A stretch of 55,112 bases of DNA, counting the filler, from an uncultured virus (IMG/VR IMGVR_UViG_3300005239_003333) (Duplodnaviria > Heunggongvirae > Uroviricota > Caudoviricetes). It is 5 parts of one record of this genome, joined end to end, with 100 filler letters (N's around TTAATTAATTAA, not from the genome) between each part and the next. Parts side by side here need not be neighbours in the genome. Positions count along the whole stretch, not along the records: positions 1 to 5,193 come from IMGVR_UViG_3300005239_003333; positions 5,294 to 22,432 come from IMGVR_UViG_3300005239_003333; 3 more parts are not named here. The stretch is one strand, 5' to 3'. Below the pieces are notes generated by a model. It worked only from the letters and a program-made list of their open reading frames with translations. It did no database searches and had not been told where the DNA came from. Both the position numbers and the translations under genes were made by a program. Every line of letters begins with the position of its first letter. Position 1 is the stretch's first letter. Below are positions 1 through 8,521 of this stretch, in pieces.

Positions 1-40
1 GGCTACCGACATAACCTTTGCCTAGTATTAGAGTATTCAT
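1..40 (-). CDS. N-terminus of NAD(P)-binding Rossmann protein (possibly sugar-nucleotide epimerase/reductase), runs off window
   Basis: Manual translation MNTLILGKGYVGS has GxGxxG; preceded by TTGACT-16-TATAAT with ATG 6 nt after the -10. Confidence 0.5.
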   Translation of the reverse strand, partial: MNTLILGKGYVGS

Positions 41-70
41 ATGTATATTATATGAACTGTTATGTAAAAG

Positions 71-442
71 TCAACGAATATCTTTCATCGACGACATAAA
101 ATATTGTTGCATATAATGGGATAGAGCGTCAGCTTCGAGATCGTTCATAGCGTAAAAAATAGGTTTAATAGCGTTATTTTCCATATCATATCCCATAATA
201 ATAAAACTCTTCATAAACTCAGCACAAGTTGCTGTCATAGCTTCAACCGCCTTATCTTTATCGATACGGTTTTCGTTGTCTTCGCTAAAAACATCCTTTA
301 GTGCATCTCTAATTAACTCTTGAACCTTAGAGATGTCTTCAGGACCGTTAACTGTTATTTTAGCGCTAGCGGATAGTGAAGGTGTGCTGTTAGCTGGCTC
401 CTTCTTAGGTCGACCCCTCTTTTTTGGAACGTTGTCGGGCAT
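71..442 (-). CDS. hypothetical protein with basic N-terminal KKRGRPKK (AT-hook-like) motif
   Basis: 123-aa ORF co-directional with neighbours; TAAATA just upstream. Confidence 0.6.
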   Translation of the reverse strand: MPDNVPKKRGRPKKEPANSTPSLSASAKITVNGPEDISKVQELIRDALKDVFSEDNENRIDKDKAVEAMTATCAEFMKSFIIMGYDMENNAIKPIFYAMNDLEADALSHYMQQYFMSSMKDIR

Positions 443-446
443 ATAA

Positions 447-845
447 TTATTTAGTTACACTAAAAGGATTATCAGCTGGATCGTTACTTATACCTTTTTC
501 AATTAATGTACTTACCAATACTTCGACACTTTCCGTTTTTACAAAAAAGCCTCTATTAAAATTATTACCACCATCATCAAACTCGAACATTATCTCGTTA
601 ATATTATCTTTATTATGGTAACATGTTAGGTAGATGGAATCAACACCGGGGTTTATTAACACAGTCCATCTCCGCGGGTCAGTTTGATTATAAGCGTTGA
701 ACATCTTGAAGATAACAAATCCGTTGTCTTTCAATCGCTTGATTGTATAACCAGCTGTTTTAAGTTTATTACTTACTTTCTTTTCTTTAAGCTTATCTGA
801 TTTAGCTTCTTGGTAATATCGACTATTTTTCTTAGCGTTAAACAT
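447..845 (-). CDS. hypothetical protein
   Basis: 132-aa ORF abutting the clamp gene. Confidence 0.6.
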   Translation of the reverse strand: MFNAKKNSRYYQEAKSDKLKEKKVSNKLKTAGYTIKRLKDNGFVIFKMFNAYNQTDPRRWTVLINPGVDSIYLTCYHNKDNINEIMFEFDDGGNNFNRGFFVKTESVEVLVSTLIEKGISNDPADNPFSVTK

Positions 846-846
846 A

Positions 847-1584
847 TTAATTAATTAGTGAGGAGATTACATAAATCAATGATGTATCGTCCTTCTTAAA
901 ATCGCAGGTTATAACTCCCATCTCTTGGTTAACTCTAAAATTAACTTCACGACAGCCACTAAAGCTCAATAACCTAAATGAATCAAAGTTTAGAGCCAGA
1001 GCCTTTGCCAGCGAACGGCCTTCATATTCATCACTCAACACGCATACAAAATTGTCTGTATTATGCCTATTTTTATCACCTAGTTCTCCAGATATCTTAT
1101 TATCATCTTCGAATAGGTATAGCTTAGACGTCTCGGTAGTAAACGAACTACCCTTAAAAAGCATAGTTAAATTCTTTTCTGTAATCTTAAAAGTAGTATC
1201 AAATTCGAGACTGTTAACCTTATTAACATTAATGTTAGGTAGTTTAATTATACCGTCGTCCAGGATATGATATTTAAATCTATAACCATCTTTATTATAA
1301 GATATATTATTTTCATTAATCTTAAGCTCAATCTCATTCGACGGTATTATTTCTAACACGCGGGTAAGCTTTTTAATATCAGGTATATTAAGAGTAACTT
1401 CGTTTTCTACATTAGTTTCACACGCTAGATCAGCCTTGCATACAACAGTTGAATCAGCTGCAGCTATAGTACATGTAATATTATTATTACTGATTTTTAA
1501 AACGCACATATCATTTAAGTTAGATATCGGTCCTAAAAAATTACTGACAAGGTCTTTTTTATTTTTTAGTTTTAAATAAGCCAT
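847..1584 (-). CDS. gp45: DNA polymerase sliding clamp (T4 gp45-like)
   Basis: 245 aa with PCNA/gp45-like two-domain pattern (LNIPDIKKLTRVL, FKYHILDD); replication gene context; TTGAAC-17-TATAAT promoter. Confidence 0.7.
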   Translation of the reverse strand: MAYLKLKNKKDLVSNFLGPISNLNDMCVLKISNNNITCTIAAADSTVVCKADLACETNVENEVTLNIPDIKKLTRVLEIIPSNEIELKINENNISYNKDGYRFKYHILDDGIIKLPNINVNKVNSLEFDTTFKITEKNLTMLFKGSSFTTETSKLYLFEDDNKISGELGDKNRHNTDNFVCVLSDEYEGRSLAKALALNFDSFRLLSFSGCREVNFRVNQEMGVITCDFKKDDTSLIYVISSLIN

Positions 1585-1601
1585 ATATATGCTTTATTAT
1601 A

Positions 1602-2180
1602 TTAGGTTTCCCTCTTTGGTTCAACTGATTTTTTTTTTGAGCTCTTTTTAATAGGTAAAGATGTAACTTTACTGTTCTTATCACTCTTTAGTAGATCGTC
1701 AACCTTGCGATGTAGTTTATCTATCCTAGTTGAGATATTTTTAATTAGATCAAATAATTCATCTTTTTCATTTACGTCAAAACTAAATATCATCTGACTA
1801 TCATCCGCTTGCGATTGTTCAACTATTTGTGGTTCTGGTATAATCGGTTGTTGGACTTGAACTTGAGGCTGCTGAACTACTGGCTGAGGGACAGGAGCAG
1901 TCTGCACCGGCTGGGGTACAGACTGCTGAGGCTGAGAAATAACTTGTTCAATTTGTTGTTTAATTTTCTCACTCCGACCTCTACCCAAAGTAGCGGATTC
2001 ACCAACTATGTTACTGTCGAGCTTTTTAGTTTCGCCGTACATACTCCCCATAAAGTTAACTAAAAGATTTTGCTCTTCTTCAGGTGAGAGTTTTTTCTCA
2101 AAAGATTCGGGGGGCGCTCCTCTAGGATCCGGGCCTGCCGGATCAGGCATAGGAATCATTTCTGGTTGTCCGTCAGCCAT
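1602..2180 (-). CDS. hypothetical protein with Q/P-rich linker and C-terminal coiled coil
   Basis: 192-aa ORF between gp32 and clamp. Confidence 0.6.
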   Translation of the reverse strand: MADGQPEMIPMPDPAGPDPRGAPPESFEKKLSPEEEQNLLVNFMGSMYGETKKLDSNIVGESATLGRGRSEKIKQQIEQVISQPQQSVPQPVQTAPVPQPVVQQPQVQVQQPIIPEPQIVEQSQADDSQMIFSFDVNEKDELFDLIKNISTRIDKLHRKVDDLLKSDKNSKVTSLPIKKSSKKKSVEPKRET

Positions 2181-2183
2181 AAT

Positions 2184-3038
2184 CTATACATCTAGGCCTG
2201 CTAGCAAATCTTGAATATCTTCATCATCGCTCTGTGCAGCAACGGTTTTAGTCTCTACTACAGGTTCAGGAGCGGCAGTAGTTACTGCTGCTGGTGTTGC
2301 AACTACTGCAGGTTCAGAGCGCTGGGCGTCAGAATCTTGACAATAGATATGCTCATCAACCATTTGCTTAAGATCATCATACCCCTTAATAGTAAATACA
2401 GAATCTAACTCAATAGCTTTATTGAAGATACCTTCATGGTCATCATCAGTCATACCCTTTACTTCAGTAGGGAAAGAGAACTTTGAAGAAACGTAAGTCG
2501 GAAAGTCACCTTGCTTCTCTACGATAACTTTAAAGTTAACTCCATTAGGGGATAAGTCAAAGATACGAGGACCGAGATCACTAGCATCTTCACCGTCAAT
2601 AGCACTAGCAATAACCTTATGTAATTGCTTACCATACCGTAAAGTCATTACCTTACCGTTATTATCAGGATTTACAGGGTCGTTTACAACATAAACATTT
2701 ACCAACCATTTTTCAGATCTAATAATCTTACTAGCCATTTGCTTCTCTTCATCATTACCACGATATAGCTTATATCGAGTTTCGGCAATCGGATCACGGT
2801 CACCAAACGTTTGAGGAGAAATAGCACTCACATACTGGCCAGTAGAAAAGCTACTCCAGCCATGCTGAAAATAATGGAAGAAGGTCTTAGAAGGATCCTT
2901 CGCGAACGGCAACAAACGAACCGTGTATGTATTACCCGGCTCGGTTCTGAGAATGTCTGCAGGACCGCTAGACTTCTCTTCTGTAGACGCAAGTGCGCCT
3001 TTAATCGATTCAAACATTGAACTTGTTATATTACTCAT
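2184..3038 (-). CDS. gp32: single-stranded DNA-binding protein (T4 gp32-like)
   Basis: VRLLP, NVYVVNDPVNPDNNGKV, YGKQL, FDLS..G.NF, Y.SSKF motifs; acidic C-terminal tail (DDEDIQDLLAGLDV). Confidence 0.9.
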   Translation of the reverse strand: MSNITSSMFESIKGALASTEEKSSGPADILRTEPGNTYTVRLLPFAKDPSKTFFHYFQHGWSSFSTGQYVSAISPQTFGDRDPIAETRYKLYRGNDEEKQMASKIIRSEKWLVNVYVVNDPVNPDNNGKVMTLRYGKQLHKVIASAIDGEDASDLGPRIFDLSPNGVNFKVIVEKQGDFPTYVSSKFSFPTEVKGMTDDDHEGIFNKAIELDSVFTIKGYDDLKQMVDEHIYCQDSDAQRSEPAVVATPAAVTTAAPEPVVETKTVAAQSDDEDIQDLLAGLDV

Positions 3039-3058
3039 ACTACTATTATAGATACTGT

Positions 3059-3280
3059 CTACCTGTTTTCAACGTATTTCCTAAATAAATTAACATTTTT
3101 TTTCATTCGAGTAGATGAATACATTTTTGTTCTAAGATAGTCTATCTTTAACAGTGCAGGCGCTAGTAGTTTTTTTACATCCGGACTTACGCTCTGTACA
3201 ATCTGTTCAAAGTTCGGAAAAGCGAACAGAACATAGACACTTACCTTTCTGTCTTTGATATGACTAAGAAAGAATAATAA
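3059..3280 (-). CDS. C-terminal fragment of a divergent allele of the 3926-4561 gene
   Basis: FLSHIKDRKVSVYVLFAFPNFE...KMYSSTRMKKNVNLF aligns with FLNHLKDRKINIYILFAFKNFE...KMYSSGQMKKNVNLF; truncated by N gap. Confidence 0.75.
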   Translation of the reverse strand, partial: LLFFLSHIKDRKVSVYVLFAFPNFEQIVQSVSPDVKKLLAPALLKIDYLRTKMYSSTRMKKNVNLFRKYVENR

Positions 3281-3300
3281 NNNNNNNNNNNNNNNNNNNN

Positions 3301-3905
3301 TCATGGTCATCATCAGTCATACCCTTTACTTCAGTAGGGAAAGAGAACTTTGAAGAAACGTAAGTCGGAAAGTCACCTTGCTTCTCTACGATAACTTTAA
3401 AGTTAACTCCATTAGGGGATAAGTCAAAGATACGAGGACCGAGATCACTAGCATCTTCACCGTCAATAGCACTAGCAATAACCTTATGTAATTGCTTACC
3501 GTATCGTAAAGTCATTACCTTACCGTTATTATCAGGATTTACAGGGTCGTTTACAACATAAACATTTACCAACCATTTTTCAGATCTAATAATCTTACTA
3601 GCCATTTGCTTTTCTTCATCATTACCACGATATAGCTTATATCGAGTTTCGGCAATCGGATCACGGTCACCAAACGTTTGAGGAGAAATAGCACTCACAT
3701 ACTGACCAGTAGAAAAGCTACTCCAGCCATGCTGAAAATAATGGAAGAAGGTCTTAGAAGGATCCTTCGCGAACGGCAACAAACGAACCGTATATGTATT
3801 ACCCGGCTCGGTTCTGAGAATGTCTGCAGGACCGCTAGACTTCTCTTCAGTAGACGCAAGAGCGCCTTTAATCGATTCAAACATTGAACTTGTTATATTA
3901 CTCAT
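3301..3905 (-). repeat. gp32: second near-identical partial copy of gp32 (duplicates ~2434-3038), probably an assembly haplotype
   Basis: Identical protein over ~200 aa with only a few synonymous substitutions; ends at a 20-N gap. Confidence 0.85.
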
Positions 3906-3925
3906 ACTATTATTATACGTACTGT

Positions 3926-4561
3926 TTATTGATTATCAACGAATTTTTTAAATAAATTAACATTTTTTTTCATCTGCCCTGATGAATACATTTTTGTTCG
4001 TATATAATCTACTTTCATTAATGACGGTGCTAATAGGGTCTTAACGTTTACATCTATATTACGAATTACATTTTCAAAGTTTTTAAACGCGAACAGAATA
4101 TATATGTTAATCTTTCTATCTTTAAGGTGATTCAAAAAAGCATAATATTGATTATCTATCTCCTTGCATATAATATAATCTGAAACTTTTATATTATTTG
4201 ATTTGCAGAAGTTTACTATAAACATTATACTCTCTTTAATTTTTCTATTACTCACTTTACTGTCAGGATTTTCAACTAAAAAGTTATCATTATATCTCGT
4301 ATAAGTAGCAATAGCTTTATGCGTACAGAAAAAGTCTATACTAAAATAATCTTCATTATAAACAAAAAAGGGAGCTTCAAAAAAACTATTAATATTTAAA
4401 TGTCTATGCTTTTTAAAAAATGCTGCTAACTTTTTTACGGCTAGATATTCTGGCTTCTTTTCAAAATTCGTAAAGTCTTTACGCGTTTTAAAAGGTTTAT
4501 TAATAATAGAACGAGAAACTATTAGATATGTATTGTATATTTGTTTTTCGAATTCATCCAC
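3926..4561 (-). CDS. basic helical protein, putative gp59-like helicase loader
   Basis: 211 aa, size and position immediately upstream of gp32 match T4 gene 59; sequence similarity only suggestive. Confidence 0.4.
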   Translation of the reverse strand: MDEFEKQIYNTYLIVSRSIINKPFKTRKDFTNFEKKPEYLAVKKLAAFFKKHRHLNINSFFEAPFFVYNEDYFSIDFFCTHKAIATYTRYNDNFLVENPDSKVSNRKIKESIMFIVNFCKSNNIKVSDYIICKEIDNQYYAFLNHLKDRKINIYILFAFKNFENVIRNIDVNVKTLLAPSLMKVDYIRTKMYSSGQMKKNVNLFKKFVDNQ

Positions 4562-4565
4562 CTTA

Positions 4566-4853
4566 TTATAATAAAGGCGTTTTTAACTTATTCAAGTACT
4601 TTGTTATATATTTACTCTTAGTAATTGATGGCTCAGCTTCTATAAACTTCCGAATAGCCACAAATTCGCTATCTTCGTTTATATGTTTCATATATATTTC
4701 TCGTAGCTTTTTATTTTCGAGAATTTTTAGAAAAACTGTCGGGTAGTTCATTTTTTTACCATTGAGTAGAGAGACAAATGTACAAAAAGATAGAAAAGCA
4801 TGTTGAAATTCAGCATTTTCTATATTTTGGGTTGGTATACCGTCTATTATCAT
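4566..4853 (-). CDS. hypothetical protein
   Basis: 95-aa ORF overlapping upstream gene stop. Confidence 0.55.
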   Translation of the reverse strand: MIIDGIPTQNIENAEFQHAFLSFCTFVSLLNGKKMNYPTVFLKILENKKLREIYMKHINEDSEFVAIRKFIEAEPSITKSKYITKYLNKLKTPLL

Positions 4854-5193
4854 GTTAATGGGTTTAAAAGTTTTGTTAGGTTTAAAATTTTATCGTTGAG
4901 TAAACAGCCTGCTACTGTAGCCTTCCCACCGCCAATCGACAGCTGTTTAGCTAGCTTACCGAGATCCATGTCACATTCCTCATTCTTCCTTAGAATAACT
5001 ATCTCATTTTCGAGATTTATTAATAAAACTATATCTACTACTAAATTATATTTTTTAAAAATATAGTTAGCCAATAAATTGGGATTTTCATTAAAAAATA
5101 CACCAGCCACCCCATAATCCTTGTCACCTAGTGTGATTTTATTGTGAAAAATGTCTCCATCGAAGGTATATTCTTCCAGTAGATTATATTCAT
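4850..5193 (-). CDS. C-terminal part of DHH/DHHA1-family phosphoesterase-like protein (5' truncated)
   Basis: DLGKLAKQLSIGGGKATVAG resembles the DHHA1 GGGHxxAAG motif. Confidence 0.5.
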
Positions 5194-5293
5194 NNNNNNN
5201 NNNNNNNNNNNNNNNNNNNNNNNNNNNNNNNNNNNNNTTAATTAATTAANNNNNNNNNNNNNNNNNNNNNNNNNNNNNNNNNNNNNNNNNNNN
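5194..5293. other. artificial contig linker
   Basis: 100 nt of N with a central TTAATTAATTAA (stops in all frames). Confidence 0.97.
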
Positions 5294-5472
5294 ATTAGCG
5301 ATCCAAAAAAACTTTAATTGGATTAATAGATAAAGTTAGAATGTTAGATAACGATATGATTCGTTTGAATATAAAGCTTAAGATGATTCTTCAAGAAAAA
5401 GAGAGAAGGCAAATACTCGAAGACGCATATAAAAGAAAAGAAGACGAGCTGTTGAAAAAAATTAAAAAGTAG
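5294..5472 (+). CDS. 3' part of small coiled-coil protein directly upstream of csgF (5' truncated)
   Basis: Manual translation from 5311: TLIGLIDKVRMLDNDMIRLNIKLKMILQEKERRQILEDAYKRKEDELLKKIKK*; stop 13 nt before csgF. Confidence 0.55.
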
Positions 5473-5485
5473 ATAAGTAGTTTGT

Positions 5486-5929
5486 ATGAAAAAAGTACTG
5501 CTCTTTGTTATTTTACCGATAACTTTACTCGGGAATGAGCTCAAATTTCAATTTAAGTCTCCGACGTTTACCGGTATTGGATATTCAAGTCATATCTTGA
5601 ATATAGAGAATATTTCCTTTACAAGAAAAACAAATATTACTGAAGAAGCTGAAGCGCTAGCTCTAAGATTATCATTATCAGAATCACGAAAACCTGAAAA
5701 TGTCTTTATGACTAATTTACAGTCACGAATTTATTCTGAACTGACAAAGCAAATTACAGAACAATTATTCTCCGAATCAGGAGCAACCGGTACATTTACA
5801 TTAGAGGATAGTACTATAACCTGGTCGCAAGATTCAGATAATATCTCACTAGAAGTTTTTGATATTTTAACAGGCAGTACGACAACAATTTTAATACCGG
5901 TTGGCTCGCTATATATACCAACCCCATAA
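5486..5929 (+). CDS. csgF: curli assembly protein CsgF-like
   Basis: Signal peptide then ELKFQFKSPTFTGIG (CsgF F.F.NP.FGG); F..NLQSRIYS.L; C-terminal TGSTTTILIP; directly upstream of CsgG. Confidence 0.8.
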   Translation: MKKVLLFVILPITLLGNELKFQFKSPTFTGIGYSSHILNIENISFTRKTNITEEAEALALRLSLSESRKPENVFMTNLQSRIYSELTKQITEQLFSESGATGTFTLEDSTITWSQDSDNISLEVFDILTGSTTTILIPVGSLYIPTP

Positions 5930-5930
5930 T

Positions 5931-6803
5931 ATGAAAGTTTTACTAGTTTTATCAGTTTTATTTGCTTCTGGCTGCGCTACTATGCCGGTTAGAAACGTGC
6001 CGCAAGTTGAGGATATACGAAGATATTCAATTGAAAACGGTAATTTTATTTGGCAAAACCATGAATATCCTAAATTAGTAAAGGGCCCTGTTTTTGTTGC
6101 GCCTTATTCTTTTGCAGATCATACAGGTCAGCGGAAGGAAGGAGACGCCTTTGCAAGCTTCTCCTCCGCAGTAACTCAAGGCGGGTACGCTTGGCTAGTT
6201 GAAGAGTTAATTAACGCTGGTAACGGTCAATGGTTTAGTGTATTAGAGAGAGAAAATATACAAAATGTATTGACTGAAAGAAATCTAATTAAAAGCACAA
6301 GACAAAGCTTCTCAGATGAAAAACTGCCAGATGTTAAGCCCATGCTTTATGCAGGTCTAATTATTGAAGGCGGGATTATATCGTTCGAAAGTAATTTCGT
6401 TACAGGAGGTGCAGGTCTATTTCATAAAGGTATAGGTATAGGGAAGCAATATAGAAAAGACGTTGTTACCGTATCCCTTCGCATGATTAATTCGCAGACT
6501 GGTCAAGTATTAATGTCAACGACGGTTTCTAAAACTATACTAAGTATAGGAGCACATTCAACATATTTTCATTATATCGACCTGGATACCGACCCTCAGT
6601 TAATCGAAGCAGAGTTTGGTGTATCAAATAATGAAAGAAGTTCAATAGCTGTTAGATGTGCAATTGCCGCGGCAATAGTAGATTTAATTAATCAAGGTCA
6701 TGAAAAGGGATTATGGGAGTTAGACATAACTGATGATCACAAGGTTAGCAGTAATGTGAATCTGTTGGATAATGATAATTATCTTATAAAAGTAGATAAA
6801 TAA
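5931..6803 (+). CDS. csgG: curli secretion channel CsgG-like outer-membrane lipoprotein
   Basis: Lipobox LFASGC from Met 5931; F.D.TGQRK, FSSAVTQG, WFSVLERE, NVLTER.LI, IIEGGII.FE, QYRKDVVTVSLR motifs. Confidence 0.9.
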   Translation: MKVLLVLSVLFASGCATMPVRNVPQVEDIRRYSIENGNFIWQNHEYPKLVKGPVFVAPYSFADHTGQRKEGDAFASFSSAVTQGGYAWLVEELINAGNGQWFSVLERENIQNVLTERNLIKSTRQSFSDEKLPDVKPMLYAGLIIEGGIISFESNFVTGGAGLFHKGIGIGKQYRKDVVTVSLRMINSQTGQVLMSTTVSKTILSIGAHSTYFHYIDLDTDPQLIEAEFGVSNNERSSIAVRCAIAAAIVDLINQGHEKGLWELDITDDHKVSSNVNLLDNDNYLIKVDK

Positions 6804-6807
6804 TTAT

Positions 6808-7545
6808 ATGAAACAAATAACACTACTTACACTCTTATTCGCTTCATTATTGCACGCTGATAATGAAATTTACATTGATCAGATCGGCAGTACTGGTAAT
6901 TATACGTTAACACAAATTGGTGACGGTAATCAAATCGGTTCAAGCGATGATATTGCCTATATTAACGGCGATAATAATATTTTTGCAATTACTCAGCTAG
7001 GTAATTCAAATGCTATTATCTGGGATACAGCAGGGGACGAGACATTAGTAGATATTTATACTGAAGGCGATTACAACTTACTCGACGTATATATCAATGG
7101 TGATAAGAACGACTTAGATATCAATCTTCTAGGTGACAGTAACTCGCTTATGATTGAAGGTTATATCGATGGCAACGCAGCCTTAATTTCAAACCAAGAC
7201 TTCGATCTTAATGTTTATGGAGCTGGTAACGCGTTTGATTTCAGCCTCAACGACACCACATTCTCGAAGGTTGATTATAATGTAATGGGTGGATTTAATA
7301 CTGTAACATCAATTCAAGAAGGTAACCCGGGTGGTATCGGACATATACAAATAGTTGATATTGCCGGTGGTAATAACTCAATAGATATACACCAATCAGG
7401 TCTTAATTCACAGGTATTTGAATTAACTCATATTGGTAGCGATGCAACATTTACAGTTATCCAATCAGATGGTTATTATAACACAGCAGATATTACAGCG
7501 CCTATTAACCCAATGGGTAATGGCGGTACAATTATTACTCCTTAA
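6808..7545 (+). CDS. curlin-like (CsgA/CsgB-type) secreted beta-solenoid repeat protein
   Basis: Signal peptide; multiple ~22-aa repeats with Q-x-G-x-x-N (DQIGSTGN, TQIGDGN, TQLGNSN, HQSG); follows csgG. Confidence 0.75.
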   Translation: MKQITLLTLLFASLLHADNEIYIDQIGSTGNYTLTQIGDGNQIGSSDDIAYINGDNNIFAITQLGNSNAIIWDTAGDETLVDIYTEGDYNLLDVYINGDKNDLDINLLGDSNSLMIEGYIDGNAALISNQDFDLNVYGAGNAFDFSLNDTTFSKVDYNVMGGFNTVTSIQEGNPGGIGHIQIVDIAGGNNSIDIHQSGLNSQVFELTHIGSDATFTVIQSDGYYNTADITAPINPMGNGGTIITP

Positions 7546-8521
7546 TTTATTATTAGTTAATTTATGCTTCGGTTCAATTGGTAAGGTAAGTTACCAGTCA
7601 CAGCCAGCGCAGATTACAAGAAGTAGTGAAAAGATATTAACTGAAAAAGGTACTTTAATAGAAATGAACGACGTTGTTGAGACACTCAATGGCGTCGTTC
7701 ATTTAGTGTTCGATGACAATACTAAGGTAAAGATTAAAGAGTATAGTGAATTAGTTATAGATGATTTTGTTTATGAACCTAAAACTAAAAAGGGTAAGCT
7801 TAGTTTAAAAGCCTCTCTAGGTAATATTAGATATACATCTGGTTTAATAGCTAATAAGGAAAATATAAAAATTAATACCCCTACTGCTTCAGTTTCAGTT
7901 AGAGGTACCGATTTCAATGTAACAGTTGCAGAGTCAGGTAAAAGCTCTTTTACTCTTCTACCGTCGACTGATTTAACCGGTAATTCCTATACTGGGCAGA
8001 TCGAGGTTAGTAATATATCCGGAAGCGTTCTCCTAACTATACCTTTTGAAAATACTGTTGTTGCGAGCATGGTATCGCCTCCCACTCCGCCAGTAGTTCT
8101 ATCTCGAACAATTATAAGCAGGATAGAAAAGCAAGAGAAAAAGGATAAGCAGAATGAAGATGACGGCGAGGACGAGGGGAAAGATGAAGGCGAAGATAAT
8201 GATGAGCCGGATGCAGAGCCTGAGCCAGAAGCAGATGGGCAGTCGGATATAGAAGAAAATATTAATGAAGAAGAGTTGGTAGAGAGAGAGGAAGAGATAA
8301 TTAAGATCGACGAAATTATAGTAACTAAAGAAGATGCTGGTTCAATCTTCACCGAGATAGATAATAAAATATATTTTTTAGCTGACGAAAATCAAAATAA
8401 AGTTAGCGTATCTTTCGATTCATCCGCGTCCGTAACTGTAAACTACGAAAATCAAGGCAATATTATATCAGGTAGCCATAACAGCGGTGGACAAGTAATT
8501 ATAAATATTAATCAACAATGA
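7520..8521 (+). CDS. periplasmic FecR-domain protein with acidic linker
   Basis: Signal peptide from Met 7520; D.VET, F.D.T.V.I.E.S.L.ID.F.Y, TPTASVSVRGTDF FecR signature; D/E-rich segment. Confidence 0.85.
   Translation: MAVQLLLLNLLLVNLCFGSIGKVSYQSQPAQITRSSEKILTEKGTLIEMNDVVETLNGVVHLVFDDNTKVKIKEYSELVIDDFVYEPKTKKGKLSLKASLGNIRYTSGLIANKENIKINTPTASVSVRGTDFNVTVAESGKSSFTLLPSTDLTGNSYTGQIEVSNISGSVLLTIPFENTVVASMVSPPTPPVVLSRTIISRIEKQEKKDKQNEDDGEDEGKDEGEDNDEPDAEPEPEADGQSDIEENINEEELVEREEEIIKIDEIIVTKEDAGSIFTEIDNKIYFLADENQNKVSVSFDSSASVTVNYENQGNIISGSHNSGGQVIININQQ

Noticed and set aside
3301..3905. Apparent genuine gp32 gene duplication
   Set aside because: Near-identical copy ending at a 20-N gap; best explained as an assembly bubble of two haplotypes
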